The notes: generated from the sequence alone by a model not told the origin. A DNA stretch of 64,000 nucleotides from Candidatus Omnitrophota bacterium (GCA_041663665.1 JBAYMG010000005.1:1354-65353), one strand, 5' to 3'; counted from the stretch's first letter, positions 47,924-56,438 are shown. A program made the numbers and translations.

Positions 47924-49141
47924 ATGAAAAAATTTCCGCATAATTTTTTTTGGGGTGCGGCTACTAGCGCGCATCAGGTCGAAGGGAACAACATCTATAA
48001 TGACTGGTGGAACGCTGAACAGAATGGTTCTTTAAAAGCAGTTTCTGGCCAGGCCTGTTGTCATTATGAGCTATACCAGGAGGATTTTGAAATTGCCAAA
48101 GAACTTAATCATAATTGCCATCGTTTCTCTATCGAATGGAGCCGGATTGAGCCGCAAGAAGGTAAATTCGACCAGTCGGAAATTGAGCATTATCGTAAAG
48201 TCCTTGTTGAATTAAAAGATAAGGGGCTTGAGCCGGTGGTTACCCTGCATCATTTTACTAGCCCTCTCTGGTTTAGCCAAAAAGGCGGTTGGACTAAATT
48301 TAAACTGCAGAAATATTTCCTGCGATTTGTTGAAAGGATAGTTGAGGAGTTTGCCCCCCAAGTAAAATTCTGGATAACAATAAATGAACCGTTAATTTAT
48401 TCATCGCATTCTTATCTTTTGGGAGTTTGGCCGCCTAAACAATGTTCACTATTTAAGACTGCCAAGGTAACCTTGAATATGGCCAAGGCTCATATTCAAG
48501 CCTATCAAATTATACATAAAATTTATCAGGATAAATTGTTAGAGAAGCCAATGGTCAGTATTGCTGCTAATCTTCAGGCATTCGAGATTTGCCAGCCGAC
48601 TTTAAAAAATAAATTAGCACTTTATCTCCGGCATAAATTCTATAATCTTTATTTTATTGAGATGCTTTTGCGTAAGAAAACTTTGGATTATATCGGAATC
48701 AATTATTACGGTAGGAATTTAGCGGATGTACGTAGCTGGGGGATAAAGCACTTGCTGTTAGATACTTGTATGCAGAATCATCATCCGTTACGCAAGAATT
48801 CCTTAGGCTGGGATATTTACCCGCAGGGATTATATAAACTGGCGATTGCACTTAAGAGATATAAGCTTCCGATTTTTATTACTGAAAACGGCATATGTAC
48901 CGAGGATGATAACTTAAGATGGGATTATATACGGGAGCATTTGGAAGAATTACATAAGGCAATGCAGGAAGGATCCGGTATTTTAGGTTATATTTACTGG
49001 TCGCTGATTGATAACTTTGAATGGGATAAAGGGTTTGGGCCCCGGTTCGGCCTGGTTTATGTGGATTATCAAAATCAAAAACGGACCATTAAACCAAGCG
49101 CAAAAAGGTTTGCTGCCATCGCCAAAAGCGGTGAAATTTAA
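47924..49141 (+). CDS. Family-1 glycoside hydrolase (beta-glucosidase)
   Basis: FFWGAATSAHQVEGN N-terminus, with the acid/base NEP and nucleophile ITENG motifs. Confidence 0.85.
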   Translation: MKKFPHNFFWGAATSAHQVEGNNIYNDWWNAEQNGSLKAVSGQACCHYELYQEDFEIAKELNHNCHRFSIEWSRIEPQEGKFDQSEIEHYRKVLVELKDKGLEPVVTLHHFTSPLWFSQKGGWTKFKLQKYFLRFVERIVEEFAPQVKFWITINEPLIYSSHSYLLGVWPPKQCSLFKTAKVTLNMAKAHIQAYQIIHKIYQDKLLEKPMVSIAANLQAFEICQPTLKNKLALYLRHKFYNLYFIEMLLRKKTLDYIGINYYGRNLADVRSWGIKHLLLDTCMQNHHPLRKNSLGWDIYPQGLYKLAIALKRYKLPIFITENGICTEDDNLRWDYIREHLEELHKAMQEGSGILGYIYWSLIDNFEWDKGFGPRFGLVYVDYQNQKRTIKPSAKRFAAIAKSGEI

Positions 49142-51154
49142 ATGAATCTTAAAGATAAAGAATTTATAATCAAAGAGATGCCTTTTTTTGCCGGATTAAG
49201 CAAGTCAGAGCTTGCAGCCGTTTGCGCAAAAAGCCAGATTATCGAATGTTCCAAGGGGCAGGTTATTTACGAGGAGGGGTCTGCCCCAAGTGCTTTTTAT
49301 TGTATTATTTCAGGACGGGTGCAAATTTATACCAAGGGTAAAGATGGCAACCAGCTAATTCTAGAGTATCTTCACCGGGGTAAATATTTTGGGATCATTT
49401 CTCTTTTGACTAATGAGCCGCATTCGGTTTCAAGTGTGGCGATCAATGATTGCTCAATTTTAGTAATTAGAAAAGATGATTTTGATGTTGTATTGCAGGA
49501 TATCCCGCATTTAGCTATTGACTTAAGCCGTACATTAAGCCGCCGGCTTAAACGGAAAGATATACATCAGAAGAAGATATTTGAAAGCATGGTTATTTCT
49601 ATTTTTAGTTCTTATGCTCAGGCAGGTAAAACCGTTTATGCCCTGAATCTCGCTTTAAGTTTAAATCGCGAGACACATAAATCTGTAATCATTCTTGATA
49701 TCCTGCCTAAAGATAAAATACACACTTTACCTGCTAAATTAGAAATTCAGCCGCCGCCAATATTGAATTTATCTTCTGTCCTGGATATCTATACTTTACC
49801 AAAAGATTATATTTTAAAAAGTAATTTTGGCGTAGACTTGTGCTGTTTTTACTATGAAGAAAATAATGCTCTATGCCTTAAAAGGTTAATTGAGATGTTA
49901 AGTCTCTTGGTTAACGACTATCACTACATTGTTCTTGATTTGCCGGCAGCTATGGATTCTTCGATTATTAGCATGCTTAATCAATCGGATCTTATTCATA
50001 TATTAACCAGCCCTGATTCAGTAGACTTGAAACGCACCAATAATCTTATCAGCCGGTTAAGAACAGATTACAATTTTGATCTTAAAAAAATAAAAACTAT
50101 TGTTAATGAGTATAAGCTCGCTAAGATTAATTACAGTAATCAGATTGAGATCCTGGGCCAGGATATTTTTGCGACAATCCCGAGGATTGAATTTGATGCG
50201 TCCCAGCGTTTGATTATTGATGATCCTGACTGTGAATATGCTAAAACAGTCAGGAGGATTGCCCGTCAGTTAGGGGATTGTCTTGTGGGATTGGTTTTAG
50301 GAGTAGGAGTGGGTTATGGATTTTGTCATATCGGGGTACTCAAGGTTATTGAAGAAGAAAATATCCCGATTGACGTTATTGTGGGTTCGAGTATGGGATC
50401 TCTAATTGCCAGCCTTTGGGCGATTGGTAAAAGCAGCAGTGAGATCTTAGAGATTACCCGGGATTTCAGAGAACCTAAACATATTTGGGGTTTAATTGAT
50501 GTAACTTTTCCGAGAGTAGGTTTTATCAAGGGTAATAAGCTGTATCGTTTTTTGAAGAAACATCTCGGGGACAAAACTTTTTATGATACCAAACTTCCTT
50601 TAAAGATCATTGCTAGTGATGTGCGCAGGAAGGAACCAAAGATTTTAGATAAAGGTTATTTGGTTGATGCTATAATGGCCAGTTGTTCTATGCCGGGGGT
50701 CTTTGCGCCTTTCAATTTTAAAGGAGATATACTTTTTGACGGAGGGGTTACTTATCCCCTGCCTACCGAACCATTGGTGCAGATGGGAGTAAGAAAGATT
50801 ATTGCGGTAAACGTTACTCCTTCCCGGGAGGATATTTTAAAACAGCTAAAAAAAATTAAAAAAGAAATTTCTTTAGAGCCGGTAGGGCAAGCCTTAATTA
50901 AAAAACCGTTCAGTTTATTACAGCGGTTAAAAAGTATTTTTAATCTTAATATCGTTGAGATTATCTTTAGCAGTGTTGAGGTTTTACAATCGGAAGTTGC
51001 TCAAAGTGAAGGCGAATTAGCCGATATAGTTTTGCATCCAGATACTACCGGTTTATTTTGGCTGGAGCTGTATAAGGCCGATGAGTTCGCCCAACGCGGA
51101 GAGGATGAAGCGCGTAAACATTTGGATCAGATTCGACAATTAGTTAATGAATAA
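49142..51154 (+). CDS. Three-domain protein: cNMP-binding (CAP effector) domain, degenerate ParA/MinD-like domain and patatin-like phospholipase
   Basis: cNMP-binding pattern (FAGLSKSELAAVCAKSQIIECSKGQVIYEEGS...RTLSRRL). Middle ParA-like domain with a deviant P-loop (ISIFSSYAQAGKTVYALNLALSL ... HYIVLDLPA). Patatin GxGxxG (GLVLGVGVGYGFCHIGVL) and GxSxG (GSSMGS) motifs. Confidence 0.7.
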   Translation: MNLKDKEFIIKEMPFFAGLSKSELAAVCAKSQIIECSKGQVIYEEGSAPSAFYCIISGRVQIYTKGKDGNQLILEYLHRGKYFGIISLLTNEPHSVSSVAINDCSILVIRKDDFDVVLQDIPHLAIDLSRTLSRRLKRKDIHQKKIFESMVISIFSSYAQAGKTVYALNLALSLNRETHKSVIILDILPKDKIHTLPAKLEIQPPPILNLSSVLDIYTLPKDYILKSNFGVDLCCFYYEENNALCLKRLIEMLSLLVNDYHYIVLDLPAAMDSSIISMLNQSDLIHILTSPDSVDLKRTNNLISRLRTDYNFDLKKIKTIVNEYKLAKINYSNQIEILGQDIFATIPRIEFDASQRLIIDDPDCEYAKTVRRIARQLGDCLVGLVLGVGVGYGFCHIGVLKVIEEENIPIDVIVGSSMGSLIASLWAIGKSSSEILEITRDFREPKHIWGLIDVTFPRVGFIKGNKLYRFLKKHLGDKTFYDTKLPLKIIASDVRRKEPKILDKGYLVDAIMASCSMPGVFAPFNFKGDILFDGGVTYPLPTEPLVQMGVRKIIAVNVTPSREDILKQLKKIKKEISLEPVGQALIKKPFSLLQRLKSIFNLNIVEIIFSSVEVLQSEVAQSEGELADIVLHPDTTGLFWLELYKADEFAQRGEDEARKHLDQIRQLVNE

Positions 51155-51167
51155 TCAAGGGGGTATT

Positions 51168-51638
51168 ATGAAAAGCAAGGCGCGGTTATTTTCTTCTTTT
51201 TTATTATGTTTATTAATTCCTGTTTTTTTGGGATGCTCGACGGCTAAAGAGATGGGAAAAGGTTTTATCGGCGTATCAACTCAAGTCTTAGAACAAAAGC
51301 GCAATGCTGCCTTGAGCAAATCTTTTGCTTTGGGTTATAATGATTGCTATGCGAAGGTTAAGGATATCTTAAATGAGAAAGATAAAGAATCCTATATTTA
51401 TTCCGAGGATCTTAAAAAGAAAATGATTGCCTTTTATCTTACTCCGTCAGACACTACTCCTGTGGGAATATTTTTTACTGAGCAAACCGGGGGGAATACC
51501 TTGATTGAAGTGTCCAGCCCGAGTACTTATGCTAAAGAAGAAATCGCCAATAGAATTTTTAGCGGGATTAATGTTTTAATTAAATCTAAAATAACTAAGG
51601 AGAATCCGACTGATGTTAAAGAAAAAGCTGGGAATTAA
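51168..51638 (+). CDS. Hypothetical lipoprotein (start probably at MKSKARL)
   Basis: Lipobox LLCLLIPVFLGCST. Confidence 0.45.
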   Translation: MKSKARLFSSFLLCLLIPVFLGCSTAKEMGKGFIGVSTQVLEQKRNAALSKSFALGYNDCYAKVKDILNEKDKESYIYSEDLKKKMIAFYLTPSDTTPVGIFFTEQTGGNTLIEVSSPSTYAKEEIANRIFSGINVLIKSKITKENPTDVKEKAGN

Positions 51639-51921
51639 AGATTTAATCAAAGAGTGCCATAGTGTTGCTAAAAGTAAGGGTTGGTGGGATACTGAGCGTA
51701 ATGATGGAGAGTTGATTGCGTTGATGCATTCTGAACTATCTGAGGCTTTGGAAGCTATGCGCAAACACGATGAAGAGAATAATCTGGCGGAAGAGCTGGC
51801 TGATTGCTGTATTCGTATATTTGATTATTGCGGTTCGCGTAAGATAGATTTAGAGGAAGCTTTATTGAAGAAGATTGCATATAATAAGACCCGGCCTTAT
51901 CGCCACGGGAAGAAGTTTTAA
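51613..51921 (+). CDS. MazG-like nucleoside triphosphate pyrophosphohydrolase (small all-alpha type)
   Basis: ELIALMHSELSEALEAMRK and EELADCCIRIFDYCG motifs (EExxE/D metal sites). Confidence 0.6.
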   Translation: MLKKKLGIKDLIKECHSVAKSKGWWDTERNDGELIALMHSELSEALEAMRKHDEENNLAEELADCCIRIFDYCGSRKIDLEEALLKKIAYNKTRPYRHGKKF

Positions 51922-51936
51922 AAGGGAGGAACAGCA

Positions 51937-52170
51937 ATGCCATATGATAGCAGCTTGGATGCACAGCAATTCAGCCGTTTTTGGGAAAATGATTCGGGTA
52001 AAATTGTGGTCAGCGTTTATTCTTATAACAACGGCCCTAAGAAAATTCAAATTGTTAGAGAGATTAAAGATAAAAATGGGGAGTATGCTTTTGCAAAACT
52101 CGGCCGTTTGACCAAAGATGAGGCTCAAGGAGTATTGCCATTAATTCAGGAAGCCCTGAAGAATATGTAA
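51937..52170 (+). CDS. Hypothetical small protein (77 aa)
   Basis: ORF with upstream SD AAGGGAGGAACAG; no recognisable motif. Confidence 0.35.
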   Translation: MPYDSSLDAQQFSRFWENDSGKIVVSVYSYNNGPKKIQIVREIKDKNGEYAFAKLGRLTKDEAQGVLPLIQEALKNM

Positions 52171-52173
52171 GGT

Positions 52174-53748
52174 ATGGCACAAGGGACAAAAAGGGATAGT
52201 TGGGGGTCGCGTTTAGGAATTATTATGGCTGTTGCCGGTTCAGCTATCGGCTTGGGTAATTTTTTACGTTTTCCGGCTAAGGCGGCATCCAATGGCGGCG
52301 GGGCCTTTATGATCCCGTATTTTATTTCTCTGCTTCTTTTAGGCATACCTCTGATCTGGATTGAATGGACCCTGGGCCGTTACGGCGGAGGATTTGAGCA
52401 TGGCACAGCACCCGGGATATTCCATAGCCTTTGGCAAAAAAACCGCTTTATAAAATATTTTGGAATAATTGGGATATTTGGGCCGCTGGTTATTTTTATT
52501 TACTATGTTTTTATTGAGTCTTGGACTTTAGCTTACAGTTTTTTTGCTTTAACCGGTAAATATACTGTTCTTACTGATCAAAATTCACTGCATAATTTTT
52601 TAATCGGTTTTCAGGGATTAGAGAAGAATCAGTATTTTAATGGTATTGGGACAGCTTATTCCTTTTTTTTGATTACTTTCCTAATAAATGTCGGAGTTGT
52701 CTATTACGGAATAAGAGGGGGGATAGAGAAATTTTGTAAATGGGCAATGCCGCTTTTATTTATTTTTGGTATAGTCCTGATGATCAGGGTGTTGACCTTA
52801 GGCGCCCCGGATTTAAGTAAGCCTGCTTGGAATATTAATAATGGTTTTGGTTTTTTATGGAATCCAGATTTTTCCGCGTTAAAATCAGCTAAGGTCTGGT
52901 TGGAAGCTGCCGGACAAATATTTTTTACTTTAAGCGTGGGTATTGGAGTAATTCTTACTTATGCCAGTTACTTAAAGAAAGCTGATGATGTTGTGCTCTC
53001 CGGCCTTACTGCTGCAATTACTAATGAATTTGCTGAAGTTGTACTCGGAGCAAGTATAATCATTCCGGCAGCATTTGTATTTCTCGGCCCGGTAGATATA
53101 AAATCTATTGCCCAATCGGGAGTATTTAATTTAGGTTTTGTAACTATGCCGTTAGTTTTAAATAAGCTGCCTTTACCTGAGCTTTTCGGATTTTTCTGGT
53201 TCTTTTTATTATTTTTAGCCGGGATAACTTCTTCAGTTTCGCTGGCGCAACCGGCAGTGGCTTTTTTAGAGGATGAATTTAATATTAATCGTAAGCGCGC
53301 TGTTTCTATTTTTAGCATAGTTTCATTTATTTTATGCCAACCGGCGGTATTTTTTCTAGGCAGAGGAGTAGTTGACGAGCTTGATTTTTGGGGTGGAACT
53401 TTCTTTCTGGTAGTTTTCGCAACGATTGAGACAATATTATTTGCCTGGGTATTTGGTATGGACCGGGCATGGGAAGAAATACATAAAGGTGCGGATATGT
53501 CTGTTCCAAAAATTTATAAATTCATTATTAAATATATTACTCCTTTATTTTTGTTTATTATATTAGGAATGTGGTTTGTGCAAGAATGGCTGCCAATAAT
53601 CATGATGAAGAATGTGCCTAGCGCAGATAAGCCGTTTATTTTTGGCACACGTTTGGGGTTATTGCTGTTATTTATGATTTTAGCAGTTTTAGTAAAAATT
53701 GCCTGGAAACAGAGGGCTCAGGAAGTATCAAAAGAAAGGCTAAAGTGA
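52174..53748 (+). CDS. Neurotransmitter:sodium symporter (SNF/NSS) family transporter
   Basis: NSS TM1 motif (AVAGSAIGLGNFLRFP) and TM6 motif. Confidence 0.85.
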   Translation: MAQGTKRDSWGSRLGIIMAVAGSAIGLGNFLRFPAKAASNGGGAFMIPYFISLLLLGIPLIWIEWTLGRYGGGFEHGTAPGIFHSLWQKNRFIKYFGIIGIFGPLVIFIYYVFIESWTLAYSFFALTGKYTVLTDQNSLHNFLIGFQGLEKNQYFNGIGTAYSFFLITFLINVGVVYYGIRGGIEKFCKWAMPLLFIFGIVLMIRVLTLGAPDLSKPAWNINNGFGFLWNPDFSALKSAKVWLEAAGQIFFTLSVGIGVILTYASYLKKADDVVLSGLTAAITNEFAEVVLGASIIIPAAFVFLGPVDIKSIAQSGVFNLGFVTMPLVLNKLPLPELFGFFWFFLLFLAGITSSVSLAQPAVAFLEDEFNINRKRAVSIFSIVSFILCQPAVFFLGRGVVDELDFWGGTFFLVVFATIETILFAWVFGMDRAWEEIHKGADMSVPKIYKFIIKYITPLFLFIILGMWFVQEWLPIIMMKNVPSADKPFIFGTRLGLLLLFMILAVLVKIAWKQRAQEVSKERLK

Positions 53749-53903
53749 AATTTGCCGGTTGGTTCTTTTTAATTCTTTCTTGGGGTTTAATTCTTGGTTT
53801 GGTTTTTTTCTGTTTTTTTAAGGTTTTTTCAAAAAGCATCCGGAGTTAATGTGTATTTCTTCGGCGTGTCTTTTTGAGGCTGCCCTTTAGGTAAGGAGAA
53901 GAG

Positions 53904-54287
53904 ATGAAAAAAGTTTTAGCATTAAGCCTGATCCTAGGTTCTTTGGTATCAATTTGCGGGTGTGCACCTTTGATAATTGGGGCAGCAGCAGGAGGGCTGG
54001 GGGCGTATGGGGTAAGCAGGGATACTGTGCAAGGCGATACGGATAAAAATTATGAAGAGCTTTGGGCTTCAGCTTTGAATGTTTCCTCAGCCTGCGGTTT
54101 GATTCAGCAGGAAGATGCTGCAGGTGGTTATATTGAACTAGGTACTCAATCTAGTAAGGTTTGGATAAAGTTGGTCCGTTTAACTCAAACTGCTACCCGG
54201 GTTAAGGTGTCTGCGCGTAAGTATCATTTTCCAAATATGGAACTGGCGCAGGATATTTTTGTTAAGATTATTACCGGGGTTAAGTAG
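53904..54287 (+). CDS. Hypothetical lipoprotein (glycine-zipper-like)
   Basis: Lipobox LILGSLVSICGC and a GAAAGGLGAYG segment. Confidence 0.45.
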   Translation: MKKVLALSLILGSLVSICGCAPLIIGAAAGGLGAYGVSRDTVQGDTDKNYEELWASALNVSSACGLIQQEDAAGGYIELGTQSSKVWIKLVRLTQTATRVKVSARKYHFPNMELAQDIFVKIITGVK

Positions 54288-54290
54288 ACG

Positions 54291-54483
54291 CTCTAGATAC
54301 TTGATCTTACTATCGTTCGATCAAGTATTTCGCTGGATAAAACCTTTGGGGTGCTCTAGATACTTGATCTTACTATCGTTCGATCAAGTATTTCGCTGGA
54401 TAAAATCTTTGGGGTGCTCTAGATACTTGATCTTACTATCGTTCGATCAAGTATTTCGCTGGATAAAATCTTTGGGGTGCTCA
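54291..54483. repeat. Tandem direct repeat array, 63-bp unit, 3 copies; diverged member of the same family with an internal 10-bp inverted repeat
   Basis: CTCTAGATACTTGATCTTACTATCGTTCGATCAAGTATTTCGCTGGATAAAA(C/T)CTTTGGGGTG repeats at 54291, 54354 and 54417. Each unit contains ATACTTGATC-N12-GATCAAGTAT, and the core ACTAT.GTTCGA...ATTTCGCT.GA.AAAA.CTT..GGTG is shared with the 54-bp units. Confidence 0.95.
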
Positions 54484-54547
54484 ATATTTTCTCTTTCTTT
54501 TTTAAGGAATTTGTGTACAATATAACAAAAGCTTGAAAAGTTATTTA

Positions 54548-54619
54548 GCCGAGATAGCTCAGTGGTAGAGCGCGGCCCTGAAAAGGCCGGCGTGGGGGGT
54601 CCGATTCCCTCTCTCGGCA
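54548..54619 (+). tRNA. tRNA-Phe (anticodon GAA), no encoded CCA
   Basis: Manual fold: acceptor GCCGAGA/TCTCGGC, D-arm GCTC-AGTGGTA-GAGC, anticodon arm CGGCC-CTGAAAA-GGCCG, T-arm GGGGG-TCCGATT-CCCTC. The T-loop reads TCC instead of the canonical TTC. Confidence 0.8.
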
Positions 54620-54620
54620 T

Positions 54621-54665
54621 AAAAAATAAAAAAGCCAGTTCTAAAAACGGAACTGGCTTTTTTAT
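54621..54665. terminator. Bidirectional rho-independent terminator shared by tRNA-Phe (+) and cspA paralog (-)
   Basis: A-run, then GCCAGTTC-taaaaacg-GAACTGGC, then a T-run. Confidence 0.75.
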
Positions 54666-54674
54666 TGCTTGAAC

Positions 54675-54875
54675 TTATATCTTTTTTACGTTGGTTGCTT
54701 GGTCGCCTTTTGGTCCTTGTGTAACTTCAAATTCAACTTCATCGCCTTCTGCTAAAGATTTATATCCATCTCCAGTGATAGCGCTGAAGTGGATGAATAC
54801 ATCCTTGCCATCTTCAGAAGTAACAAAGCCATAACCTTTTTGATTACTGAACCACTTTACTTTGCCTCTTGCCAT
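54675..54875 (-). CDS. cspA: Cold-shock protein CspA family (second paralog)
   Basis: [18 protein letters not shown]...VFIHF motifs. SD GGAGGAGGTGAG. Confidence 0.9.
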   Translation of the reverse strand: MARGKVKWFSNQKGYGFVTSEDGKDVFIHFSAITGDGYKSLAEGDEVEFEVTQGPKGDQATNVKKI

Positions 54876-55054
54876 TTTTGTATCTCACCTCCTCCAAGAA
54901 TAAAAAAAATCCGCAAAGCAGGTTAATTTCTATTGCTGCCTTACGGTTTGTCGATAAAACTAATCAATTTCTTGTTTCTCCTCTTAAATCTACTTTTATT
55001 TAATTTATCATGAATTATCAGTTTGTCAACATCTTTCTGTTCATAAGTGAGTGG

Positions 55055-55082
55055 TTGACTATTGGTTAGGAATTGCTATAAT
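55055..55082 (+). promoter_or_regulatory. Consensus promoter TTGACT-16-TATAAT for tRNA-Thr
   Basis: The tRNA begins about 13 nt downstream of -10. Confidence 0.6.
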
Positions 55083-55094
55083 ATTGGACAAATT

Positions 55095-55167
55095 GCCGAT
55101 GTAGCTCAGTTGGTAGAGCAAATGTTTCGTAAACATTAGGTCGAGGGTTCGATTCCCCCCATCGGCT
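55095..55167 (+). tRNA. tRNA-Thr (anticodon CGU)
   Basis: Manual fold: acceptor GCCGATG/CATCGGC, anticodon arm AATGT-TTCGTAA-ACATT, T-loop GGTTCGATTCC. Confidence 0.8.
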
Positions 55168-55184
55168 CATATTGCTTTAAATCT

Positions 55185-56438
55185 ATGGCCCAATTCCGCA
55201 ATATTCTAAAGAATCGTAATTTTTTCTTATTATGGCTTGGACAAATTATCTCTCAATTAGGGGATAGGCTTGGCCAGATGGCCTTAATTGCTTTTGTTTA
55301 TTTGCGCGCTCCCGGTTCAACTCTGCAAATAGCTAAAATATTGTCTTTTACTATTATTCCTGTATTTCTTATCGGGCCTTTAGCCGGAGTCTATGTTGAC
55401 CGTTGGAATAGGCGCAGGACGATGTATGTTTGTGATTTTGTGCGCAGTTTACTGGTCTTAGCTATTCCTTTGTTTTTATTCTATACTAAGAATTTGACTC
55501 CGATTTATTTACTGATTTTTGTTACTTTTTCCATCGGCAGATTTTTTGTACCCGCGAAACTTTCAATTATTCCGGATTTAGTAGATAATGATGAATTACT
55601 CATAGCCAATTCCTTGATTAATACATCGGGGATGATTGCCGCAGTCTTAGGGTTTGGAATAAGCGGTGTTTTGGTTGAAAAGTTGGGAGCTAAAAGTGGT
55701 TTTTATTTGAACTCTCTGACTTTTTTAATTTCAGCCGCATTTATCTTCTTTATTTCGAAGAAGTTTACTGCCCGGGTGAGTTTTGAAGAAGTAGGTAAAG
55801 AGATCGTTGATGTAATTAAAAAATCAGTTTTTCAGGAAATCAAAGAAGGGGTCCTTTATTTTATCCACAAGAAGGATATTCGTTTTACTGCCGGGATAAT
55901 CTTTGCCCTTTGGTCAGCATTAGGCTCAGTTTATGTCGTGATTATCGTGTTTGTGCAAAATACGCTGCATTCGGCAACCAAGGACCTTGGGCTATTGGTG
56001 ATGTTCTTGGGCATCGGTTTATTCCTGGGCTCTTTGGTTTACGGTAAATTTGGCCAACGTATCTCGCATTACAAAATTATTTTTATTTCGCTGGTTTTAG
56101 CCGGCATAATGCTGGTAATATTTGCTTTAGGGATACATTACTTTCCTATCTTTTTTCTGGCGGCACTTTTAGCTTTATTTTTGGGTTTAATTGTTGCTCC
56201 GATTATGATTGCCTCCAATACTATAATTCATAGTGTCAGTAATAATGAGATGCTGGGTAAAGTATTTAGTTCTCTGGAAATAGTTATGCATTTAGGTTTT
56301 CTTTTGTTCATGTTTATTAGCAGTTTTCTTGCGGAAAGATTTTCGCATTTATTAATTTTAGTGGTGGTGGGTTGTTTGTTGAGTTTACTGGGTTTAGCCA
56401 GCCTATTTTTAAATCGGAAGGTAGAATGGTCAGATTAA
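55185..56438 (+). CDS. MFS transporter
   Basis: 12-TM MFS pattern with a GVYVDRWNRRR motif A-like loop. Confidence 0.7.
   Translation: MAQFRNILKNRNFFLLWLGQIISQLGDRLGQMALIAFVYLRAPGSTLQIAKILSFTIIPVFLIGPLAGVYVDRWNRRRTMYVCDFVRSLLVLAIPLFLFYTKNLTPIYLLIFVTFSIGRFFVPAKLSIIPDLVDNDELLIANSLINTSGMIAAVLGFGISGVLVEKLGAKSGFYLNSLTFLISAAFIFFISKKFTARVSFEEVGKEIVDVIKKSVFQEIKEGVLYFIHKKDIRFTAGIIFALWSALGSVYVVIIVFVQNTLHSATKDLGLLVMFLGIGLFLGSLVYGKFGQRISHYKIIFISLVLAGIMLVIFALGIHYFPIFFLAALLALFLGLIVAPIMIASNTIIHSVSNNEMLGKVFSSLEIVMHLGFLLFMFISSFLAERFSHLLILVVVGCLLSLLGLASLFLNRKVEWSD

Noticed and set aside
54548-55167. tRNA-Phe/tRNA-Thr as integration sites of a mobile element
   Set aside because: No integrase, no direct repeat of the tRNA 3' end, and no compositional island were seen downstream. 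The flanks are cspA and an MFS/rnf operon (core genes).
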